Origin: Rhodosorus marinus CCMP1338
Lineage: Eukaryota > Plantae > Rhodophyta
DNA length: 64,000 nucleotides
Assembly (NCBI GenBank): GCA_029953675.1
Contig: JAMWBK010000004.1
Span: 2,170,001-2,234,000 of the forward strand
Direction: 5' to 3'
The position numbers and the translations under genes were made by a program. Position 1 is the stretch's first letter. Each line of letters begins with the position of its first letter. Below, in pieces: positions 37,719 through 50,109 of the stretch. Under the pieces are notes generated by a model. It was not told where the DNA came from. It ran no database searches and worked only from the letters and a program-made list of their open reading frames with translations.

Positions 37719-38669
37719 TCATGGCACGTGCACATCGACTTTACGGTTTGTTGCTCCTGTGACAAGCTGCAATTCCTCCGCTTCGCCGTTGATATTCTGA
37801 GCCAACAGTGTAAGTTCAAGCGAGCTCTTGCCCTCCACCCACGTGCCGAAGAATTCCACTTTCTTAGCCACCAGCCGAGTTCTCTTGTTCTTCCTCTCCT
37901 TCGCGAGCGCATCAGCAAGTTCCCGGAAGACTCTCAGAGCACATTGCCGCTGTTCGAAGACCTTAGCAGCATCTCGAAGCGATGTCAACGACCCAGTCTG
38001 TTGAAAACAGCTCCTTGCCGTGCTGGGAAGGTCTTTGTATCGTTCATCACAGGATAGAACTGGACTCTTATTTACAATCTCTGCCAAGGTTTCTGAATCC
38101 TTCCAGTCGCCGTTGTACAATCTGGCCATATGGCAGAATATGCTGGTCACCTCAACAGCACTGAAGACAACCAGAGGCGAGGCTTTCCTAGCACCGCTGA
38201 TCGTCGCCTGTGATGACAATCGTGAGCTCCATTCATCATCCCCGGCTGGGAACTCCCACCATGGTTGCCATTCCTCAACCGCCAGCTTTCCCGTTCTCAC
38301 CAGCTCCTCGAACCTAGCCCTTTGTTCTGGGGTGAGCGCATCAAGCGCTTGCTCGTATCGATCCTCCTCAAGCAACAATGCGGCCTGCTCTAGAGCCTCT
38401 GTGGCTTCATCTACTCCGTCCTGATAATCCTCATCTAGCCCCTGCCAGAATTGTGCCACCGTCTCTCCTAATTTTGCCTTCTCCTCCTCTGATACTTCTC
38501 TGCTCTGCTCAAACCTCGCCCGCTCAGACTCTGACTTTTGCGCGAAGCGTGTTTCACAACTACCATTGCTGTGGTTTTTGTAGCATCGAACGCTGCAATA
38601 CTTGCAACCACATTCCGGACATACGTACTGACTGTCCTTGGCGAGGCAAACCTCGCAGAGTTCACACAT
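37719..38669 (-). CDS. HIT zinc-finger protein, ZNHIT2-like
   Basis: CEVC...YVCPECGCKYCSVRCYKNH..C (zf-HIT) followed by LTPEQRARFEELV...WQPWW and YNGDW, typical of ZNHIT2. Confidence 0.8.
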   Translation of the reverse strand: MCELCEVCLAKDSQYVCPECGCKYCSVRCYKNHSNGSCETRFAQKSESERARFEQSREVSEEEKAKLGETVAQFWQGLDEDYQDGVDEATEALEQAALLLEEDRYEQALDALTPEQRARFEELVRTGKLAVEEWQPWWEFPAGDDEWSSRLSSQATISGARKASPLVVFSAVEVTSIFCHMARLYNGDWKDSETLAEIVNKSPVLSCDERYKDLPSTARSCFQQTGSLTSLRDAAKVFEQRQCALRVFRELADALAKERKNKRTRLVAKKVEFFGTWVEGKSSLELTLLAQNINGEAEELQLVTGATNRKVDVHVP

Positions 38670-39296
38670 TCGTACGTCAAACAAGCATTCACGTGGACCT
38701 TCCTCTTCTCATCAGCCTACCATCGAAAACAGTTTACCCCTAAGAGACTGAAAGAAAAAACACAAAAGCTCTTCTAACAAACTACAACTGTTGAATTCTC
38801 CCGTCCCCTCTCCCAAGTCCCAACTCCAACTCATGCACAAACCGAGTCAATGCCTTTCCAAGCTTCTCCTCCAGCTCTCGTTGGCTGTAAATCCCGTTTC
38901 TAGACCTTGTCTGTACTGTACGTGACTTAAGCGAAAATCCTCATCCTACAAACCTCCTTCCACCAGTCGCTGCTATTTCCCTTCCATCTCCTTCCCCAAC
39001 CGCATACAGCCTGCTCACAAAAACCTACGCCAATCTAGACAGCACCAAAAACATTACATCGAATAACCCGCAGACACACTCATCTATTATTATTTAAAAT
39101 ACAAGCTAACATTATCCAATAGCTATGCCGAAAGAAAGCCTTTTTTCCCGGAAAATTGTTTTTAAACTCAATACAAATAAATTGTATTCCCCTTAAAGTA
39201 TAATTTTAATTGAGGTATATACTCTATTGGATAAAAACTACTTAGGCTCGTATGATTGGTTTCTTGTTGACTGTTTTTCAAGAACGTTTTTGTACA

Positions 39297-39342
39297 TGGG
39301 ACAAATGCCTAAACAGAGATTGTCCCAGATTTTTCATGGGAC
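39297..39342. promoter_or_regulatory. TGTCCCA/TGGGAC motif cluster in the divergent ZNHIT2 / DUF3177 promoter
   Basis: TGGGACA 39297, TGTCCCA 39321, TGGGAC 39337. Confidence 0.35.
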
Positions 39343-39556
39343 GTTTTAACGGGGAAAAAACCTGTGTTTGCGAATTATTTGAGCTGTATTCTTAATGCGA
39401 GAGACGGTGCGGGCTGGGTGAGTGAAATGGTATCGGCCGAGTGGGTTAGGAGATGAAGTTTTTGAGATGGTATTTTGAGGACGAAAGCTTAAGGTCTTTG
39501 GTGTGTTTGGTTTTTCAAACCAGGTGATTAAGCCCGTGACGAGTTCGGTATCAAGA

Positions 39557-41265
39557 ATGTCAGGTTGTGGGTTTGTGGGAGGCTTTCGGATGTGCAGCGG
39601 ATCCGGCGGTGAGAGCTCATCTGTTGATCGGAGACCTGAGGATGGGGATAAGATTCATCCTTTGGGTCAGAGGAGGTGGAAGAATGTGAACATGCCGTCT
39701 AGAGTGACCTGGAATCCTGGCGTACCTCCGGAGCTGCACCCGGAGACTGAAAAGCTCATGGAGCTGAACCCGCTGCTGAAACCGGCCTTGGAGGCCATCG
39801 AAAAGGGAACGCGGCGCTCGAAGCCACACATGAAGAACATGCTAATCACTGATTGGTTTGCTGAAATGTATGGTCCTAACTACTTTCGGCCGGTGCTTTT
39901 CGCTGGAGTGCTGTGCTGGGTTTGGTACGCGTTCCAACTCTCTACTAGAGCTGTGCTGATCGCTTCGCTCCCGTATTATACGTCAGTTTTCGGGGTGGTC
40001 GCTTTTGTCGGAGGACTGCTTCTGACCATAGTTTCTTTGGCTTCTTCGCCGGAGCCAACAGATGCTGTTAGGCGTTTAATGCTCCTGTACGGGGCAACAC
40101 TTTTGGGATACCCGATTGTAGGTCTGTTAGGAGCCGCTGGATCCTTTGAGGGTGCTCTCACTGTGGAGGTGGTCACGGTTGGAATGTGTCTCGGTTCGTT
40201 GTGGTTTTGGAAGGATCTGAATCAAGAGCTTCGTTCGGCGCAGTACAGACGTCGATTGGCGGTCTGGTTCATGCGCTGGAGGATGGTCTTCACCGTACTG
40301 GCAGCTCTTGGCGCTGTGATAAAGTCTTTGGTGTACAACTCGGTCTCGGAATTCACGCTGAGGTTCTATCAAAGGTGAGGAGTCCTTCTAGGCCTTGAAT
40401 CCAGAAGTTAACTTCTGGGTTCATGGCACTAGATTTTAGAATAGTGACGCCTCAGGCCCGACGGTCCAGAATTGCGATCCTACCGGCAAGCAACCCCGCT
40501 TCGATATTCTGCTGATCGAGGCGGCAACATATGCTCATGTCACTCAGGGGCAATCAGCTACTCTTGGCTATGACGTCACCTACATTGACACTGTTCTCCG
40601 ACCCTGGAGCCCTGCTTGTTGTCGCGTCTGCCCTTGGTGTCCTCTACATTGTATATTCATTGGTGTTCTTCGCGTTCGTGACCGATGTTGGACGGTATCC
40701 ATATGCGCGCAAGATTGAGTCACCCTTTGCTCTGGACCTCCTGAGAAAGGGGATCTTAGTGCCCTTGGAGAGGGCTCCAGATAGCCTGCGGTGGACTGAT
40801 AGCAGAGGAGGCGTACCCAGTGAGTATATCCGCACAATTGGACAACCCGACAGACCCGGGGAGAAAGAAAACTTGCCGGAAATGGAATACCCATGGCTCT
40901 TCAGGCAACTGGAGAAGCTCGAAAGTGAGGGCCAGTTCCAGGGAACTTATAGCGCTACTGGCTCAGCCTCAAAAACTCCTCAATCCTTCCTTGATACTTG
41001 GGCTGTTTATGCGGAGATCCCTGAGGATGCATCGGTTGAAGACTCTGCTGATATTGTAAATCCGGCGAAGGTTTCTGAGCAGAAAATATCTGCAATCCTC
41101 GATGAGGCCCGGCAGAAACTGGATCAAGGCAAGAGGCGTTTTGAAGACGGTGACGATGATGATGAGTTGGCCCTCTACGACGAGCCCGATGATGATAGCG
41201 TAGAGTGGCTTTTCACAGACCCCGGGGATGACGGTGGTAACACGCAGATCCCGCGCCTGAGCTAA
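39557..41265 (+). CDS. Plastid-targeted membrane protein similar to cyanobacterial DUF3177, 2 exons
   Basis: DAVRRLMLLY, SLWFWKDLNQEL, WFMRWRMVFTV, and a C-terminal LFSDPGALL..GVLYIVY pattern recall DUF3177; MSGCGFVGG transit-like start; acidic C-terminal extension. Confidence 0.6.
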
Positions 41266-42887
41266 TATCAATACTGCATGCGATGCTAATAACGTAAAAT
41301 CCGCTAACTATTTTGATGCGACACCGAGGGGGATATGATGGCGCTCACGCTCTAGCTGCGCATGTAATCCCAATGAACGTTTGCAGCGCAACTGAAGATG
41401 TCGTAATCACATAATACTCGTTCTACAAAACGAACGGAGAACAGTTCGAGCGCACAGGTGCCATCTGAGGTATCCGGCTCACACACACCTCCACGGGGTC
41501 AGGATTGTTCTCCCTTTTACGAAGGTCCGTCTCTCGCCTAGAGATGAAGCTCGTGCACCAGCCGTCTCCCATTGTTGCTGCTCCCAGATGGAAATCATGA
41601 ATACCCCGACCTACCAGTTTTTCCGTCACCCAGATCCAGCGGAATGCCTCTAGTGCTTTGTAAATAGGTACGAACAAACTACTAAGTCACGTACCGCAAG
41701 GTGGACAAAAGCTAACAGCGAATCGGAAGGATCGATGCACAGGGAGCTTCTGTTCATGAGATGACGTACAAAAAAAACTATCAAGCCTGCCTATCCAAGA
41801 AGCGAATCCAATCATAATCGCTGACTACAACCTTTGTCCTTCATCATTCTCACCCACTAACCACCCTCCAAGCAACCGCAAGCACCAACCGGCGCCTCTA
41901 AATTTAAAACTATTTAGCTTAATTAAGACATAGCATCATAAATAAGAATAATCATTCTTTATTAAGAACAATTTATCCAGCAGAACACGTGGCTTGCAAA
42001 AATTCTAACGCCCTAGGAAAACGCGTTCATTATTCATTGGTTAGAAATTATGTTGAATTACATATATTTCCATACTTATATATTTTTTAGTTTTATCCGG
42101 TCTTTCTTTCTTTTTGCATGAATCCAACCCTCGAGGAGGAGCCTGAATCATTAAAAAAACTTTGAAGTCGTTATTTCTTTTTCTTTATCGGGAGGGTAAA
42201 AACGGGTAAATATCCGTTTCGTACCTATCACTCACCGGACAATCCTGGGCGTGGCTAGGAAACGCTATTTTGATCGTTTATTTTGAAATAGTATCTTTTA
42301 GAGGCTGGATCTGAATTTTACTTGAGTAGAAAGGGGTGAATGTGTGCGGCTCGAAAGGAGGGGAGGGGGGAGGGGGGAAGGAAGACAATGTACATTTGAG
42401 GAAGATTTCAATGAAGGGATAGAATGGCAGCTTTTGCCAGTTTGTGGAAGTCCCTAAACATGAAATTTCGATATTTTTAACACTGAGTGTAGATTTTCAG
42501 ACGTTGATGTGAGACGTTGAGGCTTTTTTGTTGGCCACGAAAATTTCTTGTGAACACGATGGCCTTTTGGGGCAAGTTGTACGTTAACAGTTGATGGCAG
42601 ACGCCAGAAAAAATTTGTTTTCCTTTTCTGATGGGAGTCATACGTCAAAGCTGAAAATGCTTATAAAAGCGATAGAACTTGGGTGGGCCGGTCGCGACGG
42701 GGGGGAGTGGGAGGCTAGCATTGGAGAAGAAGCTTGGACATGAGGGGTGTTGGGATGATGGTGGTTGGAAAAGCAGTGTTTTAGCAGTGTTTTAGAGGTG
42801 TTTTCGGGGATCAGAGATTCTTGTTTTATTGTCTCACGGTCTGGTTGAGGGGGAGAGGGGGGACTTGATACGGTTGTTGGAGAGAAA

Positions 42888-44909
42888 ATGGGGTCCGTGG
42901 GTACGACTTGGTATAGAACGACTCTTGAGGATGTGCAGCAGGTCAAGCTGGTTTGCAGCACTCCGAACGCCAGAATTTTCCGGGGCAAGATGAGGATTGG
43001 GGAGGAGGACGTGGAGGTTGCCGTAAGAAAGCCGAAGATTTGTTCTGAGGAAGCTCTCCAGAGATTTTTCGATGAGCTGGAGCTGAGGAGCGGGCTGCAG
43101 CATGAGAACGTATGCGAGCTCCTTGGGGCCTGCAATGAGGCGCCAAATTATTTAACAGTTTCTCCATGGTACGGGGGTGGCTGTCTCTTCGACGTGATTC
43201 ACGGCCAAAGCGTTCGCTTCGCATTTCACCGAATCGTGGAGCTTGGCTTGCAGTTTGCCCAGAGCCTGGAATACCTCCATGAGAGAAACATCGTCCATAG
43301 GGATGTGAAGAGCGCAAATTTGCTCGTGAACGAGACTTGGACGAATCTAAAGCTATCGGATATGGACCTTGCTACGGATATTCACAAGCTCCATAAGAGG
43401 GCAGAAGAGAACAACGGAAGAGCTCTTGGCAGGGGACCTTCGAATGGGCGCTTGAAGCACATGGTCGGTACTCTTGTGTATATGGCTCCGGAAGTCCTGT
43501 CCGGAGCCCCTCATTCGCTCGCTGCAGATGTGTACGCGTTTGGGATAACAATGAATGAGATTGCAGCTGCCTGCGTCCCGTACGTGGATAGACAGCTCCC
43601 TGTTCCTGAGCTGCATACCGTGTTGGAAACAAGATTCAACGAGGTCACGTTGAGGAGGGCGATTGTTAAGGATGGGCTGCGACCAGTGTCTGCGAGGCAT
43701 TGCCCTCTAGAATTCACTGATATCATAGAGAGATGCTGGAGTCCGGATCCAGAGGCGCGACCGTCCATGGCTGAGGTTGTTGCGAAGTTGGAATGTATGC
43801 TTCGCAAAGGCGACGCTTACCTAAATCAATTCGAAGGCGGTGCCGCGGTGAGCCACGTCCAGGAGGAAGAAAGGCTTGACCACAGCCTCTTGGAAGAGAT
43901 TGTGGCGGTCTCGGACAGACCGTTCCGCCATGCTGCATGGGATCCTCTCGTCCGTAGGGACAAGATTCCTGCGACTGTCCTGCCGGGTGTCTCATCTACT
44001 CCGGGCGTCCGTGGAGCCGACCGCATGGAGGATCGGGAACTCGTTGAAATGAATCTTGGTGGGATGGCTGACGTCCATGCTGTCGGTGTTTACGATGGTC
44101 ACGGTAAGTAAACCTTCAACAATCCCGAACCTCACAATCCATGAAATTTCGTAATCAAACTTTGTACTGACTTTATATACTATTTGAATGTACTTAATTC
44201 AGGTGGCGATTCGTGTGCTGAGTTTGTGAAGGAACACCTAGCAAATGCGATCATGCGAAGATGGAACGCCCCAGAGGCCACACAAGAGTCCTCTCTGATT
44301 CACGCATACGAGGACCTTGATGCCGCTTTTCTAGCATCCAAACCTGCCAGTGAGCAGTCTGGATGTACTGCGCTAACAGTACTTGTAGCTGGTGGTGAAC
44401 TGTTCGTGGCTAATGTTGGCGATTGTCGGGCTGTGCTCTGTAGGGACGGAAAAGCAGTGCAACTGTCGAAAGATCAGACTGCTGCTGATCCGGGAGAACG
44501 AGCAAGAGTTGAGGCAAGAGGTGGGCGTGCAACGTACCAAGAAGACCTGAAGCAGTGGCGCGTGAATGGTGAAATTGCCGTAACCCGATCAATTGGAGAT
44601 CGCCGTCTGAAGCCCGCGTTGTCACCGATCCCGGAAGTCCACAAGCACACGATAGCTGATGCTGATGAGTTCCTGATTTTGGCAACTGACGGACTGTGGG
44701 ACGTCATGACTTCCGAGGAAGCTGTCCAGTTGGTCAAGACGACAGTTAAAGTACCAGAAATGGCCGCCAAGCGGCTAGCCCTGAAAGCGCTCATCGAGCG
44801 TGAAAGCCAGGACAACATCACAGTGCTGGTCACATATCTGCATGAAACTAATAGTTTCGAAGAACTCAAAAGTGGGAATGAAAATATTCCGGAACCTATG
44901 GAAACTTAA
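42888..44909 (+). CDS. Protein kinase - PP2C phosphatase fusion (At2g40860-like), 2 exons
   Basis: Kinase VAVRKP, IVHRDVKSAN, MVGTLVYMAPE, ADVYAFG, HTVLE..., GLRP. PP2C VYDGH/GG split by intron 44104-44202, ANVGDCRAVL, IAVTRSIGD, ATDGLWD, SQDNITV. Confidence 0.92.
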
Positions 44910-45261
44910 AGCAGCTGCTCGGCTGCTTTTATTTATGTGTACAAGTAAAGACTTTTAAGAGTATTAACTGAAATCCTTTGCTCAAGTCCGTAGAGTATCA
45001 ATTCAAGTCTCATCAACAGTCAAGATCTCCTTGCCTCACCGTGCCGACGTTCTTTTGACTGGCCATTTACGGCCGGGAGAGGTCGCGAAGAGGATCGAAG
45101 TGGATACCAATTGTCACAGCAAGAAGGGCGAGAGCGTTTTATACGAGGCTTTTTTTTGGAGTGACCAGGACAGAACTGAAGAGGTGGTCGCCCAAGAAGC
45201 TGTGGTAGTACACTAGCATGCGGATGTATCGCACAACGTTTGTGACTACAGAACGGGGGAG

Positions 45262-45747
45262 ATGAGTGATCTAGGATTCAGGCGGTCGGAGGAGACGATT
45301 CGTGCATTGCGCACCTCCTGTGAGCTTCTCTCAGGACTTCTGGTGAAGCTGCAACAGGAGAGGAGCGGACTATCGTCAACACTTGAGACGCGTGATGTGC
45401 AGCTCTCGCAACTGCAGGAGGAGCTACGAAGAGTGAAGCGCGAGCGTTCTCACCTTTTGAACGACCTAGCCGGCACAATTGGCGACCGTCAACGAGTACA
45501 TATTCACTCATCAGAGACATGTACGGGCTACGAATACACGCCACAGTCGGGGGTCATGATCCCTCATTCGGATGCAAGGAACCGAACCGATGTCCAGACG
45601 ACGAACTTGCTTCCAGAAGTATTAGCGTGTAAGGATTCATTATTGTCGGTGCTCAGCAAGCTCGTTCGAGCACAGAATCTCCTGCTTTCGTTATCCCGCG
45701 AAAACGACACTTCACACTTCCACGAATACAGCTCTCTAGTCGCTTAA
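45262..45747 (+). CDS. Hypothetical coiled-coil protein
   Basis: 161-aa ORF with heptad-like LVKLQQERSGLSSTLETRDVQLSQLQEELRRVKRER; no family recognised. Confidence 0.5.
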   Translation: MSDLGFRRSEETIRALRTSCELLSGLLVKLQQERSGLSSTLETRDVQLSQLQEELRRVKRERSHLLNDLAGTIGDRQRVHIHSSETCTGYEYTPQSGVMIPHSDARNRTDVQTTNLLPEVLACKDSLLSVLSKLVRAQNLLLSLSRENDTSHFHEYSSLVA

Positions 45748-46289
45748 CTGTTCGGATACATATTTTGACGATAAACAAATAGTTTGCTATTTGTAGGTGC
45801 GCAATCTGTAGAGCAAGTGCAAAGAGACACAATAGCTCTCTTCTAGAACGGATCTACTGCTTCAACGGTTTCATGGCATGCTCCCCATGAGCTAGGACAT
45901 GATACAAACCTTTGGTCCCTTTGGTCCCACAAACGAGTGGATAACGGAATCATCTCAACGAGAAGATTGTTGAGAGCAATGATCACGACCAACTCCTAGT
46001 TTTCCAGGGTAATGACTATTCTGATTTAGAGTTTCTCCATTGAACGTGGAGCCTATCTTCTGCTCTCATATGCGACTCCTTAAGCTTGGAGTTCGTCCAT
46101 GGCCACTTTCCGACAGGGATTCAGGACTGCACTGGAGCTGTGGATATGCTTTCTGACTGGCAACTTAGTAGGTGCTTGTCCAGGAGGCGCGAAGGCCAGT
46201 CGGTTTTTTTTTTCTTGGTCTTTGTACGCTGTCCGAGATGATTCTATACGCGAGGAAGAAAAGTGAATAAATGCAGGAAGAATCAGAGT

Positions 46290-49200
46290 TCAGTATGCTA
46301 CACCTCGCATTGCCTTTTGGTTCATGTCCAGGCATCGGCGCATGAACCGATCGCTCTCGAGAATGGTTTCGGTATCCAAATGGAGGCGGAACCTATTCCC
46401 GTGAAACAAGAAACGAAAGAGCGGCAGAAGGGCTTTCAGTTAACCTCCAACGATCCACCGTTTCAGTATTCTCTAGTCTTACCGCCAGTAATGCTGAGGA
46501 TTCTCTGGGCGGTTTATTCTCTCCTCGCTGGCGTTCTTTCTTCGTAGTTTTCCATCAATCGCCAGTACATCCTGAATAGGGAAGATACACCATATCGAAG
46601 GACACTCGATGTGCGAGATCAGGGCGGCTTCTGCAAGCCATGGCTCACACGACTGGGGCGCCGACTTGTTCAATTTCAAGATGTTCTTTGAAAGTGGCGA
46701 CAAACAGTGGCACATTCAATCACAAGCGTAAGCTGGTTCACAGTCCCGCTCTTTCGCCGACGGAGAAATACACACCTTCACATAGCGCTCTTTTTGGTTC
46801 GGGTCAAGCTCTTCCTCCCACCAGCCTCGGAAGGTAGTCGTGTCATGAGAACTCAACGTAGCGACCGTCGCATAGGGATACTCCACTGGATCGGAGAACT
46901 CCGAATTATCGCTCTACAGGCACATGAGTAATCAAACGGTGCAATTCAGTATCTTCTAACTGGCAGCCGGTTGATCTGCACAAACGTACCGGCATGCGCT
47001 GAACCCTCAATCCGATGATTGAAGTCTCCTCTATTACGTCCGGTACACAGGCGGGAATCATTCCGAGATCCTCAGCACACACAAGCATGTTGCTTGCGGA
47101 CTTGAGCATCGGAAGCTTCTTCATCCCCTCCTTCCTCCAGAGCTCATCCTGCGTGGTTTCAAGAAGGTTTGTACTGAGCGATTCGAGCGATTCGGCTACT
47201 GCAAATCGGAGTCGCTATTACCTAAATGTACTCACCTGACGATGATAAAAGTATTCCTCATGCAGCTCGTTGAATTGCCGCTTCCACTCATCCGAGAGTT
47301 CTTTGTAGGTTGACTGATTATGAAAAGCAATTCTGGGATGGAACTCGGTTGGGACTTCCTCGTCAACCAGCAGCAGTACGTTGTTCATGAGCAAGAATAA
47401 CCTCTGCTTCAAGAATTCCACCTTTTTCTTCTCGGATGCAGCTGCACTATCGGGCAGCTTCAACTCATCGGCAATCTTTCTCTCAGTATTGTACTCCTCC
47501 TTGAATTTCAATCGGTCTCCCCAAGTTGGCTCGAAGAACCTCTCTCTCACTTGAGCTGCGTTGTTCCCAAACTCCTACAAGCACATATGGAACCAATACG
47601 TACGTTTTGCTGAGACTCAAATGGCCAACGGCTCACGCCTATAGGACCTCTCGGCTAGTGGCACTCACCTGGTGCAGAATTCCATCATGCACGTACGGCG
47701 AGAAATATCTATCCATATCCCACAATCCTCTTTTACTGAGCTCCTCGCGGGTGATAGGTACGCTCTTGTAAAATCGTCCAGAAATTCCTGTAGTGAATCG
47801 TTCGGGTATTTCCCAGATTCTGAAGAACCCTAGGACATGATCAATCCGGTACTAGCCAAAAGCGAATTCGAAAGCCCAGGACTTCAGATCGATGGTACGC
47901 TTACGTCTAGAAGGGCTTGAAAGGGAGAACGAGGAAGTGTACGCTTACCGCATGAAAGTACTTCGAGAGGTTGTTCAGTCGTGATCTCCACCAGGCATAG
48001 TTGTCCTTCGCCATTTCATCCCAATTGTAAGTCGGGAAGTCCCAGTTTTGCCCGTTCCTGTTTTGAGGATGAGCTTGAACCTCAGTGTAATGCAAAGGGA
48101 GGACGTTTTGATGGACCTAAAATAAAATGACTTACTCCGCAAAATAGTCCGGTGGAGCACCCGCACGCATGTGAAGACGGAATAGATGCGGATTGACCCA
48201 GGTATCTGTGCAATAGCGGTTCACGCCTATTGGTAGATCTCCTTTGAAGACAACCTCGTTCACCGCAGCGTATCTTGAGGCTTCCTTCAGCTGTTTGTTT
48301 AGGTGGAACTGCACAAAGTATGCCATCCCTGAAGGTTCACAAGGAAATGATTAGAACCCATGTCAACTTCCGGCTCTGGCCGTGGTGTCATGCTCTCTTG
48401 TACCTATATAGTCAAAATGGAACGTGTCTGGTGCGGCAAGGACTTCCATATCCTTGACCCTGACGGATGAGCGATCTCCCCATCTCTCGTAGTCTGCAGT
48501 TCCGTTAATTTCCATGAAAAGTTTGAAGAGCGCGTAGGGAACGAGCCAGGACTGATTCTCCTTGAAAAAGTCCAGAAATTCTCTTGAGACGAGAAATTCC
48601 GATTTTTTTACGGCATAAATTTTGCGGAGCAACCGAGTCTTCACTGCCATAACCTCTTCGTAGTCAATCTGCGTCAAGGCATTCAACCTGGTTGCAGCCA
48701 TAGCTCAGTTAGCTTCTCGGAAAGCTTGCGAAACTGAACGACAAGCAAAGAGGATAAGTTGAGTTTGCTGCCCCCTCACCTCTCTTTTTCCTTCTTCAAG
48801 TCGTCTTTTACTGAGGCCGGAAGATCCCCGATTGCCTCAATGTTCAGGTACTGCGGATGGAGCGCGAAATTGCTCACGATTGAGTAGGGATAGGAATCCC
48901 GCCAAGAGTTGTACACAGTAGTATCATGAACAGGTAGCAATTGAAGCAGCTGGTATCCTCCTTTCACGCAAAAGTCGACAATTTTCTTCAGATCAACAAA
49001 ATCGCCAACTCCGAGCGACGACTTTGACCTCAGCGAGAACACGGGTACTGATATACCGCAGCCTTTCCAATTGCGAGCGTAGCGGAAGTTGATGCTGCTT
49101 CCAGCAAACACAATAGGCGGTTCTGAGAATAGTTTAAAGCGGCATGCGTCAGTTGATGTCGCCGAACGTCTACCACTAGTGGAGATCCCGATGCGGGTTG

Positions 49201-50109
49201 CGTTTTGCTGCTTACTTGAGCATTTGGAGAGAATCAGCTGCTCCACTTCCGTCAACGCAAAGGTTCTCTCCTCTCCTTCTTCGACTACTATCACATTCTT
49301 CTGGTCTGATTTTTCTCTAATAATCAATCTGTAACTGAAACTCATGCGATTCGGGTGCAGCGGAATCGTCAGGGTCCAGAAGGGTGCGCGGCTATCGGAG
49401 AGCGGAACCGCTTTCGCCTGATTGTTTCCGCCTAGCTCGTCGAGTGAGCCAACGATGCACACTTCGTCTGTGGCCTTTACGCGACCAGCGAATACGTTGA
49501 GGCGAAGGAGCACTGCATCCTTCCCGAGGACCATAGCCTTGTAGTAGGCAGAGGATTCCTCCGCTCGCGTGATAGCCAAACTCTTGCGTTCTTCCCTTCT
49601 AAACACAACATTCCTGAATGCAGATGACGCGAAGATCTCGTGTTCCGGCATCGGGTGTAGACGGAAGTTGTCCTTCAAGATGAAAGTGTTTTCGAGGGTC
49701 CCCAGTTCCATTTCCAGGATCCTCTCTGGTCCTTTCTCCCATGAGATCAGATTACCCTGAGATTCCAGGTACTTGTACCGAAGAGGCTCCCTGACGAAGG
49801 GAACCGTCACAGTGGCTGTCCACAAATCTAGTTTACGGGACAGTGATCAAGGCTGACGGATTAGGGGGTCATCATCGCAAGAGCGAAAAACTACAAACGG
49901 CGGATAACGGCTTAGCGTTCATATCTAAGACCAAGGAACTTACTCGGATGTTCGTACGCCATCTTGACCGCACTGTTGGCGTTGAAATGTCCAAGCTGTG
50001 TGTTTGAACCAGACACCCAGACATCCTGCCCAGGCTTGGCGGAAAACTCCACACAGAACCTTACCGAAACCTCTGCAGGTAAGTTTTCCCCAGATTCTTC
50101 AGATCCCAT
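46290..50109 (-). CDS. DPE2: 4-alpha-glucanotransferase DPE2 (2 x CBM20 + GH77), multi-exon
   Basis: CBM20 (VRFCVEFSAKPGQDVWVSGSNTQLG; VCIVGSLDELG), GISVPVFSLRS..GVGDF, QLLPVHDT..SYPY, GDLPIGV, AEDLGMIP...GLRVQRMP, RINRPENPQHYWR. Confidence 0.95.

Noticed and set aside
40401-40418. Perfect 18-bp palindrome CCAGAAGTTAACTTCTGG in the DUF3177-like intron
   Set aside because: Chance expectation is about 0.25 per window and there is no other supporting feature
49123-49215. 93-nt in-frame stop-free segment in DPE2 that looks like a protein insertion
   Set aside because: It has a GTAAGC donor, CTGAC branch point and CTCAG acceptor, so it is most likely an ordinary 3n intron; a few stop-free 3n introns are expected among the dozens here
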